Shown here: piece by piece, positions 33,658 through 44,337 of the stretch | How positions within the stretch are numbered: position 1 is the stretch's first letter | Layout: each line of letters starts with the position of its first letter | Source: Macrostomum lignano | Lineage: Eukaryota | DNA: 45,560 nt | Direction: 5' to 3' | Assembly: GCA_002269645.1 (NCBI GenBank) | Contig: NIVC01002190.1 | Location: forward strand, 149,327 to 194,886 | Made by a program: the position numbers and the translations under genes | Notes under the pieces: model-generated | Told to the model about the DNA's origin: nothing | What the model saw: only the letters and a program-made list of their open reading frames with translations | Database searches by the model: none

Positions 33658-33880
33658 ACCTTTGGTTTATAATTACCCAAATGTATATTTCCTATTAAAA
33701 TGATTGTGAACCAAAGTTGGCTATAAGAAAGGATATCAAATAGTCCCATATGTCAAGTAGCAAGTCTGATCTAGTACTAATAGCTTACATATTACCTTTG
33801 GTTTAAAATTATCTAAATGTATGTTTCTCATTAAAATGATTGTGAACCAAAGCTAGCTATAAGAAAGCATGTCAAATATA
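33658..33880. repeat. Diverged ~85-bp direct repeat, period 136 bp
   Basis: acctttggttt..attaaaatgattgtgaaccaaag..ctataagaaag at 33658 and at 33794. Confidence 0.75.
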
Positions 33881-34080
33881 ACAAATAGTCATATAAAACT
33901 GATGCTCATTCTAGATCAAGGGTATCAAAATCTCCCTCTCACCTTAGCACCCCTTCACCTGAAGTTTACAATCACTTTCATATATGCACTTTGCTGAAAT
34001 GATTACAAAATAAAGCTAGAAATATTACCTTTACCTAAAGTATACAGTTAATTTTAACCCAGCTTCAGTTCCATGCTTGG

Positions 34081-34237
34081 GCGCAACCTAGGGATTCACC
34101 TGGCCGTTTCTAATAGGCAACACACACATGTAAGTCGCTATTGGACAGAATAGTAGTCACGTGACTGCTCTCAGCCAATAGCGACTTACATGTGTGTGTT
34201 GCCAATAGAAACGGCCGAGTGATTCCCAAGGTTGCGC
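34081..34237. repeat. 157-bp near-perfect palindrome centred on GTCACGTGAC
   Basis: Arms match with few mismatches, including 29 bp perfect (GGCAACACACACATGTAAGTCGCTATTGG); centre at 34160/34161. Confidence 0.9.
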
Positions 34238-36446
34238 ATGACTGTTCAGTTCACATGTACATGTACATGTACAAGGGGTGTCCCAAAAGTTCCTGGAGTG
34301 TCTAACGTAGCTCTTCAACAGAGCCATGAAATTTCACGCCCATGGTGTCAAATGAAAGGAAATTTTGTCACAAAGAATACAAAGTTAAAATCATGTTGAT
34401 ATCTTTTTTTATTCAAGAGCTACAGCAAGAAACGTGCGCAAAGGTCAGGGGTAGTGTTACACAACCTCAACAATCTATGGCAATAATTTTTTCGTCTCCA
34501 TTTTTGGAGTTTTTCATTTTGAATTCGTGCTACTGACGTGTCAGAAAGACGTGGTAGTGTCTATGGAAAAAAGCAGAAATGCTCATAAAGCTAATCTGAG
34601 CTTTTGCGCGAGTGCAGATAATTCGTACCAAGCGCTTGCTTTCAACTTGAAAATTTCTTTGCGAAAATAAGTTCTCAACTTTCAACTTTGTATATTTTTG
34701 TTTGCCAGTTTTGAACACCATTTTCACATTGCAATGAACAAAATATAAGGTGATCATAAACCAAAACTGGCAAAATATAATGCAATATAAACCAAAGGAT
34801 TGCCAAATATGCTTTATAATATCAGTTTTTAGGTCTTTTATTAAATGTATATTTCATATATTTGTAACAGGCCTTTTAGCTCTCTCTAGAAATCCTACTA
34901 ATGCCACCAAAGTTGACGTAGGGCTTGCTTCTCTCCTTATAAATAATCCCACTGGTTAGCCACCAAAGTTGTCCTTCTATTTAATTAATGTACCTTTGCA
35001 TGAAAATTTGTACTCTTATTATTGGTAGCATATCTGTTTTTCTATCTAATTCTACTGGTAGCATCTACTTATCTTATTGGTAGCATCTATATATGTACTG
35101 TATTGTTTGGCCTGAGCGGTCTAATAGCACTGTCTGCTCTATTTACTCCTAAGTTTTCTCTTAGTCCTGGGCATTCCCTGGATCAGAGGGTCACAGCCTT
35201 AGCAATTTCCCTGCACTGAGATGATTTATCCTGCCCTGAGGCATTTATACAATTTATAAGATTACTGCCCTGAGGCAATTCTCACTTTTCAGTGGTCTTC
35301 TAATAATACTCCCAATTTGGGGCTTTATACTCTAAGAAAGAAATAAGTCTTCAAAAGTTTTGCAAATAAGATTTTTATAGAACTAGATTGGCTATTATTC
35401 TCGCAATTTGCAGTGAACGAGGAAGATCCAAGTTAGCTTCTCCTGGCCCATTCTGGGCTCCTATTTATACTACTTATATGTTATATTTAAAAAAAGTTAT
35501 TTTGCAAAATATTATTTAATTTCACAACATTTAAACAAACACAAAAATAATTTCTTTTTTGTGTAAATTCAATTTTGGTAATTCCTAGGAAATGTTTACT
35601 ACTTAAACTATACAAACGTGTTTACTACTTGTACTGGAAGGCCTTATACTATAAACAAAGCACGCTGCATCATATTTTAATTGAAAAATCTATCTAAAGT
35701 CAAAGATAAATGTAAGTATATCTAAGAAAATATCTAAGTATCATTTTTATATATATTGGTTTCAATTTGTCTTGGAATATTCAGATATAAACATAGAATA
35801 TCTTTATCTTTATAGTAAACCTCTGAAATTTTAGGTTTTATATAACTTATGATTGCTAAAATATTTTTTGTTTAAAATCACAATGGCTATTATCCAAAGG
35901 ATCTTTTTTCACTGAAATGGCTTTTGCTTATTACCAAAATATCTTTGTCACCAAAACAACCATAATCCCTAGTATATACTAGAACAAAATTTGACTTCAC
36001 TAGCTTTTATATATCAATAAATTTTAAAACTTAAGCTTTTTGTTATATAGATTACAGGTGCATAAAAATATTGATGTACAGTTGAGCTTTTTATTCTTTA
36101 TCTATGGTAAATTTATGGTTAATAAATCAACTTTTGAAATGGTTCTTTTAGTATATAGCTATAATAATATATATTTCAAAAATCCATATATTATATCTAC
36201 TAATTAATTTTTCAATAACAATAACTCCCATATTGGTAACTAGAGGGACATTTAGGTGAAATCCTATAATATGAATAATATATATAATTTTGTTTTTTAG
36301 AAGCATATGAGTAATAAAATATAATTCAAAAATAGTCATGTGTATCTCCTGAAACCTAATTTCAAATTGAATAAAATTCATTAAAATAGAAACAAAATCA
36401 GACTATTTAAATAAGTTTAGTCATTATGAAATTATAGATAAACATT

Positions 36447-37134
36447 TTAAGGCACATTGAGCCAATTGCTAGATTTAGTAGCTGCAAAGCCATCTTGCTT
36501 ACTTGATAGTATTGCTTCCATAGCTTTTAAAAATTGCCTTTTCCTAAAAGCTAGTCTTTTTGCTAGCATTTCCAATTTTTTCTCTGTGTTAGAAGTCTTA
36601 AATTGATGATCACCAAATTGCTTTCTTGGAACAACAAATTTATCAAGAGGTAGCACTATAATCTATTATGTTGTGTATGCTGATTAAGATGCCAAATACC
36701 AGTCTATAGTCATATGTATAATATACCTATAGGCACTAAGTTCATTGATAGTCCAAACTGAACTTGATAGCCAAGTAGCATAGTAATTAATTAGATGTTA
36801 ATAGGTATAGAATTTTAATTTGGATTATAAATATAATTATCAATCATCATTATATATGATTTATGTACTTGACACAAAAACCAGATCATGTTTAGTGATA
36901 AATGAGCTTAATACTAGGAAGGCATTGCAAATTTCCTCATTAGGTAAGAATGACAGTGTCATAAGCTTATAACAAAAATGCTTGGTTCCTTCATTCTTGG
37001 ACATACTCAATGGCCTTACAATTGATTTTTTGTCATATTGATTGCACAAATTGAAAAAATGGAGCCATAGATAGTTTGTTTTATCTAAAAATAGCCTTGA
37101 TAGCTTGCCAAATTGCTGCTTCAAAGTTGACAAT
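36447..37134 (-). pseudogene. Mutator-like (MULE) transposase relic
   Basis: Minus frames give IVNFEAAIWQAIKAIF...FFQFVQSI*QKI (decayed DFE and CxxH region) and KLMTLSFLPNEEICNAF, typical of animal MULE DDE domains; stops and frameshifts throughout. Confidence 0.65.
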
Positions 37135-37919
37135 GGCTCATTCCATATAAGATGGACATATTTGGAAAATAGAAAAAAGTCAATATTTTTGCTTGCCATT
37201 GCCTAATTAGCCTATTTTTTTACCAAATGTTTATATTGTGCAATATATACAATCTAAGAATAAAGGAATGGTAAAATGTTGGATTAGTATGTTATCAATT
37301 GGCAAAAAGTCATTTTTGTAAAAATTGGACATTTTTCAAAGCAAAAGACATCATTAAGATTTTGTACCTTTTAAAAACAAATAGAAAGCTTTTGAAGGTT
37401 GAAACAAACTATAGATAAAAGTATAGTACTTGCATCATCAGATAAAAGCATTGGTGACCAAATAATCTATTATATTTTTAATGTATTAGTACCTCAAAGT
37501 TACTGAATTGACAGAAAAAAATATGTTACGACCATAATGTTACGACCATAAGGCTGCCTTTTCTTTTGTATCTTTGTTGCCTTTTGAGTTTATATATTCT
37601 AATAAAAGAGTATGATTTCTAAAGATGTTCTTAGTCAAATTTTAAAAATGTATTGCAAAATATCAAAAATGAAAAATGTTATAAGACTTTTACCTTTTAG
37701 TTTCTATATGTCAAAAATCCTGTCGTTACAACCATAAGTGTCATTTAAGGTTTAATAGCATCTATACTAATGATGATATCTATATGAAACTCTATAAATA
37801 TATTCTAGACAAAATAATCTTTCATTTAAAATATTGGTTTAGTATATTCTATTATTAGATTTCATTTTATAAGTAAAAATAACCTGTCATGTTATGACCA
37901 TGCTTATATGGAATGAGCC
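37135..37919. mobile_element. 785-bp TIR element with apparent 4-bp TSD, inserted in the MULE relic
   Basis: Perfect 17-bp TIRs GGCTCATTCCATATAAG / CTTATATGGAATGAGCC; CAAT at 37131-37134 and 37920-37923; internal GTTAYGACCAT repeats. Confidence 0.8.
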
Positions 37920-38460
37920 CAATGCTGCATGGTTTGGTAAAGGTAGAAGTAAATGTAGAGGTAAAAGAGGTTAATGGGGAATAGGGGGCATTTCGCTACT
38001 TTGCTATGCTTCTCTTTACTATGTCATGTCATAACATGCTACCAAGCTGATCTGCACTAGATACTATCTGCCAAAATGCTTATGCACTGCAATTCAGACT
38101 TTCAGACATTAATTACATTAGTATACCCAAGCAAAGATTCCAATTTATTTTCAAAATTAATGTGATTACACTAAGAATGGGGCCTGGGTTGCTGGCATAT
38201 GGATGCTATTGACTTACTTATAATATTAGATTCATTAATATGTATATTGTTGAGTCATTATGTAAGTCAAGCAAGAATCATCATTAGCTAAAATAAAATT
38301 TTAATTATTCTTTTTTTTATATAAATTGATATTTTAAACTAAAGGGCCTTATAAGACACTTAAAATCTTTGATGGTTATAAAGTAAAAATTAAAAAACTT
38401 TGTATGCAAATTTTTGTATACCTTTTTTAACTGTTTAAAAATGATGTATCATATTATGAT

Positions 38461-38570
38461 GCAGTGTTGAGTGTCTTGCCTAAGGACACAAATTGTTCCA
38501 AGTGGGTCGAGAATCGAACCCCCGACCCTTCATTCGTGAATCTGACGTTCTAGCCACTAGGCTGGAACCC
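38461..38570 (-). mobile_element. tRNA-derived SINE head
   Basis: A-box-like CAGCCTAGTGG (38554-38564), B-box GGTTCGATTC (38511-38520), followed by TGTGTCCTTAGGCAAGACACT, a word common in tRNA-SINE bodies; no acceptor stem. Confidence 0.65.
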
Positions 38571-38622
38571 CATTGCATAGGTTTATTGTTAAGCGCACTG
38601 CACCTCTGACGCTCCCTCACAG

Positions 38623-39333
38623 GAGTCAGCCGTAGTGGATCCAGTCGAGCCGAAAAAAATTCTTCCCTACCTGCGCGAGCGCGGCCTGTCGCTAAAGTAC
38701 ATCCTGACCACGCACAGCCACGCTGACCACGCCGGCGGCAACTCGCTTCTGCTCCAGCTGCTGCAGGCCGACGGCGCCCCCAAGCCGCAGGTGTGCGGCG
38801 GCGGCAGCAAAGTGCAATCGGTCAGCCGGCTGGTGTCGCACAACGAGTCGCTGGAGCCGCTGGGCTCGGCCATCAGCATCCGGTGCCTGCACACGCCCTG
38901 CCACACCCAGGACCACATCTGCTACCTGGTCGAGCGCCCCGGCCACAGCCCGGCCGTGTTCACCGGCGACACGCTCTTCATTGCCGGCTGCGGCCGCTTC
39001 TTCGAGGGCTCGCCGGAGCAGATGTGTGCCAACCTGCTGGACACGCTGGGCCGCCTGGCCCCGGACACCCGGGTGTACTGCGGGCACGAGTACACGCGCA
39101 AGAATCTGCAGTTCGCCGCCAGCGTTGAGCCCGACAATGCGGACGTGCGCGCCAAGCTGGAGCGCTGCTTGGCCAGCCCGGACTCGCCGACCATCCCCAG
39201 CACCATCGGCGAGGAGCTGCTCACCAATCCGTTCATGCGGGTTGGCGAGTCGGCCGCTCTGCAGCGATGCGCCGGCAGCAGCGACCCCGTGAAGGTGATG
39301 GCCGCGCTGCGCAAGCAGAAAGACAGTTTCTGA
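38623..39333 (+). CDS. HAGH: Glyoxalase II, exon 2 (metallo-beta-lactamase domain and C-terminal domain)
   Basis: ctccctcacag|GAG; AVVDPVEP, THSHADHAGGN, HTPCHT, FTGDTLFIAGCGRFFEG, VYCGHEYT, PSTIGEELLTNPFMR, RKQKDSF*. Confidence 0.95.
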   Translation, partial: ESAVVDPVEPKKILPYLRERGLSLKYILTTHSHADHAGGNSLLLQLLQADGAPKPQVCGGGSKVQSVSRLVSHNESLEPLGSAISIRCLHTPCHTQDHICYLVERPGHSPAVFTGDTLFIAGCGRFFEGSPEQMCANLLDTLGRLAPDTRVYCGHEYTRKNLQFAASVEPDNADVRAKLERCLASPDSPTIPSTIGEELLTNPFMRVGESAALQRCAGSSDPVKVMAALRKQKDSF

Positions 39334-39502
39334 ATCACCCGTCATATTCGTGTGAACCTGGTTTTGATTGATTGCCTTGGCTACGCTTTATTATTAGCCT
39401 CTACTATTTTTGCAATTTTTATTTAATATAAATTTCGCAGGAACCTTCAGCAAATAATGAATGCTGTTGGCTCTCCATATTTCTTATTTTTGCTTATAAA
39501 AA

Positions 39503-39508
39503 AATAAA
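39503..39508 (+). terminator. Candidate AATAAA polyadenylation signal of HAGH
   Basis: 170 nt after the stop codon, in AT-rich sequence. Confidence 0.4.
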
Positions 39509-39609
39509 CAAATTGTTGAAAACAAAATTACCAATAATTCACTGTGTTAGGCAGTTAGCTCTGTAATTGAGTGTCTGCAAATGTGTTTCTTTGGGAATCC
39601 AGATTTGAA

Positions 39610-41060
39610 GGATTTGAGGCTACAGTGATATCCCAGTGTTGATTTGAGGCTACAGGGATATCCCAGTGAGGAGTTGAGGCTACAGTGATATCCCAGTGTT
39701 GATTTGAGGCTACAGGGATATCCCAGTGAAGAGTTGAGGCTACAGTGATATCCCAGTGTTGATTTGAGGCTACAGTAATATCCCAGTGTTGATTTGAGGC
39801 TACAGTGATATCCCAGTAGGGATTTGAGGCTACAGGGATATCCCAGTGAGGAGTTGAGGCTACAGTGATATCCCAGTGTTGATTTGAGGCTACAGGATAT
39901 CCCAGTAGGGATTTGAGGCTACAGGATATCCCAGTAGGGATTTGAGGCTACAGTAATATCCCAGTAGGGATTTGAGGCTACAGTGATATCCCAGTGGGAT
40001 TTGAGCTACAGTGATATCCCAGTAGGGATTTGAGGCTACAGGGATATCCCAGTAGGGATTTGAGGCTACAGGGATATCCCAGTAGGGATTTGAGGCTACA
40101 GTAATATCCCAGTGTTGATTTGAGGCTACAGTAATATCCCAGTGGATTTGAGGCTACAGTAATATCCCAGTGGGATTTGAGGCTACAGTGATATCCCAGT
40201 GGGATTTGAGCTACAGTGATATCCCAGTAGGGATTTGAGGCTACAGATATCCCAGTAGGGATTTAGGCTACAGTAATATCCCAGTGTTGATTTGAGGCTA
40301 CAGTAATATCCCAGTAGGGATTTGAGGCTACAGGATATCCCAGTAGGGATTTAAGGCTACAGTGATATCCCAGTGTTGATTTGAGGCTACAGGGATATCC
40401 CAGTAGGGATTTGAGGCTACAGGGATATCCCAGTAGGGATTTGAGGCTACAGTGATATCCCAGTGGGATTTGAGCTACAGTAATATCCCAGTGGGATTTG
40501 AGGCTACAGTGATATCCCAGTGTTGATTTGAGGCTACAGTAATATCCCAGTGTTGATTTGAGGCTACAGTAATATCCCAGTAGGGATTTGAGGCTACAGG
40601 GATATCCCAGTAGGGATTTGAGGCTACAGTGATATCCCAGTGGGGATTTGAGGCTACAGTGATATCCCAGTGTTGATTTGAGGCTACAGTGATATCCCAG
40701 TGTTGATTTGAGGCTACAGTAATATCCCAGTAGGGATTTGAGGCTACAGTAATATCCCAGTAGGGATTTGAGGCTACAGGGATATCCCAGTAGGGATTTA
40801 AGGCTACAGTGATATCCCAGTGTTGATTTGAGGCTACAAGGATATCCTAGTGTTGATTTGAGGCTACAGTGATATCCCAGTGTTGATTTGAGGCTACAGT
40901 GATATCCCAGTGTTGATTTGAGGCTACAGTGATATCCCAGTGGGGATTTGAGGCTACAGGGATATCCCAGTAGGGATTTGAGGCTACAGGGATATCCCAG
41001 CGGGGATTTGAGGCTACAGGGATATCCCAGTGGGGATTTGAGGCTACAGGGTAACACCCA
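39610..41060. repeat. 30-bp minisatellite (GATTTGAGGCTACAGTGATATCCCAGTAGG)n
   Basis: About 48 units varying at two short sites; degenerate edges; ends ~180 bp before the NAF1 ATG. Confidence 0.97.
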
Positions 41061-41235
41061 GTGGGAATTAAATACTGCAGTGACATCCCATAGGGGATTT
41101 AAGTCTACCGTGATCCTACTTTGGAATTCAGACTATTGTGATTAATTGTGGGTACTGTGGCTATTTCTGGGGCATTGGTGATTATTCCTGGCTAACCACT
41201 GCCTGCTTTGAAATTCCGCTGCTAGCACCGTAGCC

Positions 41236-41763
41236 ATGGCAACAGACAAGCAGCCAGACGCCGAGGTGGCCCAGCTGCTCAGCAGCCTGCTGGACCAGGT
41301 TGAGTTCGAAGCCGACGGTTGCCTCGTCACCGGGCTGGAGTTTCACCTGCACCGCCGGCGCGCGGACTCTGACGATTCCTCCAGCAGCAGCAGTAGCGGC
41401 GGCCTTGGCGCCGGCTGCAGCGACGACAGCGCGCATGGCGCCACCGACGAAGAGGAAGGTGACGAGGAGGAGATCGCCAGTCAGCAGCCGGCTGGCCTCG
41501 GGCGAGGTCGAGGCCGGAAGCGTCCGCAGGCCGACGGCTCGGAGCATCGGCCGCCGCGGCGGAATCCGCTGGGCGACCTGGAGGGGGTCATCGGGCCGGT
41601 GGAGCGGCTGACTCTGTCTGTGCCGGCCGAGGTGGCCATGCGGCAGTGCGCCACGGTCAGCAGTGTGCTGGGCGCTCTGGTTGTGGCCCAGTCCGAGCCG
41701 GACCTGAACCCGCTGGACATCAACTCCGTGCTGTTTCTGTCCGATAGGCAGCCTCTGGGACAG
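41236..41763 (+). CDS. NAF1: H/ACA RNP assembly factor NAF1, exon 1
   Basis: Acidic/Ser-rich N-terminus, then Gar1/Naf1 domain start (VERLTLSVP...VSSVLGALVVAQS...LDINSVLFLSDRQPLGQ); donor CAG|GTGCTT, phase 0. Confidence 0.88.
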
Positions 41764-41769
41764 GTGCTT

Positions 41770-42575
41770 ATGAGATCATGTGTATTACTATTAGATATCA
41801 TGCGCATTTGGGATCATGTTCATTTGGGATCATGTGTGTATTTGGCATCAAGTGCATTTGGGATCATGTGTGTATTTGGCATCAAGTGCATTTGGGATCA
41901 TGTGTGTATTTGGGATCAAGTGCATTTAGGATCATGTGCATTTAGGATCGTGTGCATTTAGGATCATGTGTGCATTTGGGATCATGTGATTAGGAATCAT
42001 GCGCATTTGGGATCCTGTGCATTTAGGATCATGTGCATTTGGGATCATGCGCATTTGGGATCATGCGCATTTGGGATCCTGTGCATTTGGGATCATGCGC
42101 ATTTGGGATCATGTGCATTTGGGATCATGTCCATTTGGGATCATGCGCATTTGGGATCATGTGATTAGGAATCATGTGCTTTTGGGATCATGTGCATTTA
42201 GGATCATGCGCATTTAGGATCATGCGCATTTGGGATCATGTCCATTTGGGATCATGCGCATTTGGGATCATGCGCATTTGGGATCCTGTGCATTTGGGAT
42301 CATGCGCATTTGGGATCATGTGCATTTGGTTGGGATCATGCGCATTTGGGATCATGTGCATTTGGGATCATGTGCATTTAGGATCATGTGCATTTGGGAT
42401 CATGCGCATTTGGGATCCTGTGCATTTGGGATCATGCGCATTTGGGATCATGTGCATTTGGGATCATGTCCATTTGGGATCATGTGCATTTGGGATCATG
42501 TGCATTTGGGATCATGTGCATTTGGGATCATGTGCATTTGGGATCATGCGCATTTGGGATCATGCCCATTTGGGG
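41770..42575. repeat. 16-bp intronic minisatellite (GGATCATGYGCATTTG)n
   Basis: About 48 units filling the NAF1 intron. Confidence 0.96.
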
Positions 42576-42786
42576 TCACCTAACGTCGCCCTTTTCCTAT
42601 TCAAAATCGTCTTTATGAATCGCCCTTCTCGCCTTTCTAAATCGCCGTCCTTATCTTCGGCATAAGGGCCCATAGCAATCGCCTTTTAGAATAGCCCTTA
42701 GAAACCGATGTCACTCATCTTTTAGTATCAACATTTCAAGATGAGAGAATCCCATTCAATCCCGCATTGCATTCTCCGCCCGCCAG

Positions 42787-43996
42787 GTGCTCGACGTGTT
42801 CGGGCCGGTCTCTCGCCCATTTTACTCCGTCCTGCTGCCCTCGCCGGAGGTCGTCGCCGAGCTTGGCGTTGCAGTCGGCCAGCCGTTGCTGTTCGCCGAC
42901 GAGGACAGCCTGCGGCATTTCATCCTGCCAGCCCGGCTGGCCGCCACGCAGCCCCGGCCGAGCGACGCTTCCTGGCTGGGCGACCAGGAGCCGCCTGCCG
43001 AGTGCCTCGACTACTCTGACGATGAGGCCGAGCGGCTGGCTAAGCGGCAGGCCAAGCGGCGCGGGCCCGACGGCGAAACTGCCGGCGAGGAGCTTGAAGC
43101 GGCCAGCGTCGCAGCTCCGACAGCGTCTGCTGCGCAAGGTCAGCAGCAGCGCCGGAAGCCAAACTGGAAGAAGCAACAGTTGCAGTCGCCAGCCGCTGCA
43201 GCTCAAGCTCAGCAGCGGCAGCCGCCTCATCATCAGCCATACCGGTTCCCGCCACAGCAGCAGCTGCCTCATCAGCATCAGCCTCCGCGCCGCTTCCTTC
43301 CACCCAACCCGTCTCAGCTTCGCTATCCGCCCCAGCACCATCCGTCCTTCCAGCATCCGTCCCAACAGCATCCGCCCTATCAGCAGTCGCCCCAACAGCA
43401 TCCGTCCCAGCACCACCCGCCCTTCCAGCATCCGCCCTTCCAGCGTCCGCCCCAGCAGCATCCGCCCTACCAGCAGTCGCCCCAGCAGCATCCGCCCTAC
43501 CAGCAGTCGCCCCAGCAGCATCCGCCCTACCAGCAGTCGCCCCAGCAGCATCCGCCCTACCAGCAGTCCCCAGCAGCATCCGCCCTACCAGCAGTCGCCC
43601 CAGCAGCATCCGCCCTACCAGCAGTCGCCCCAGCAGCATCCGCCCTACCAGCAGCCTCCCTACCAGCATCCGCACCAGCACCACCCGCCCCAACAGCATC
43701 AGCCCTACCAGTATCCGCCCCAACAGCATCCGCCCCAGCAACCATACTCGTATCAGCCGGCTCATCCCCATCAGCGGCAGCAGCAGTTCTCTGCTCATCA
43801 GGAAGTGAGGGGCGGATTCCCGCCTCGCCCGTTCCCCGGTATGTCCGCTACGGGCGATGGCGGAGGCGCCGGTGGTCAGTGTGACGTCACCAATGACGGC
43901 GGCATCATCAACGAGCGAGCAACCGCTGGAAACGCAGACAGGTCTGCTGGATCCACGTCGTGGCCTCCGCCTGTGCATCAGCGCCGGGCTCTTTGA
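42787..43996 (+). CDS. NAF1: NAF1, exon 2 (2-nt frameshift at ~43568 in the Q/H/P/Y-rich tail)
   Basis: ccgccag|GTG gives VLDVFGPVSRPFYSV and SDASWLGDQEPPAECLDYSDDEAE (Naf1 signature). One 30-nt QQSPQQHPPY unit lacks 2 nt; the tail continues in the 42767..43996 frame to TGA. Confidence 0.88.
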
Positions 43997-44096
43997 AGTT
44001 GAAGCGAACAGTCTGTAGTTTTTATGATCTAATTGGACTTCCTGAGTCCCGGTTAATGCATTTCATTATCGGACTTTGCTAATGAACCTTGATTTC

Positions 44097-44102
44097 ATTA
44101 AA
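44097..44102 (+). terminator. Candidate ATTAAA polyadenylation signal of NAF1
   Basis: About 100 nt after the corrected stop codon, followed by T-rich sequence. Confidence 0.35.
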
Positions 44103-44337
44103 TATAGCATTTGAAGTTTATTTTTAGTTTGCTGAGGCAAAGTTCATCTTGTTGCATTATTACGCCTGCAGCCTTTGTTCAGTGAGAGCTTTCGTCGCTT
44201 CTTGAGTTCTTTTAAAATGTGCATATCATTTACTGCTAGTAGTATGCCGTAAAATAGCGCTTTTCCGTATCTAAAAAACATTTCAGTTTTACATGACTAT
44301 TGACGCTAAAACCCCATCCTTCATGCTAGCAGCCTAA

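Noticed and set aside
34270-34292. Tc1/mariner terminus TA-CAAGGGGTGTCCCAAAAG
   Set aside because: Only one end seen and no matching inverted end found by eye.
38461-38570. Functional tRNA gene
   Set aside because: A and B boxes are present, but there is no acceptor stem or full cloverleaf, and a SINE-type body follows.
39610-41060. 30-bp array as a CRISPR array (also the 36-bp array at 20860-21372)
   Set aside because: Units are head-to-tail with no unique spacers, there are no cas genes, and the context is eukaryotic.
42618-42627. Shared AGGGCGATT word between the 10243 and 12001 arrays and (inverted) the NAF1 intron
   Set aside because: A 9-10 bp match without wider similarity; not distinguishable from chance.
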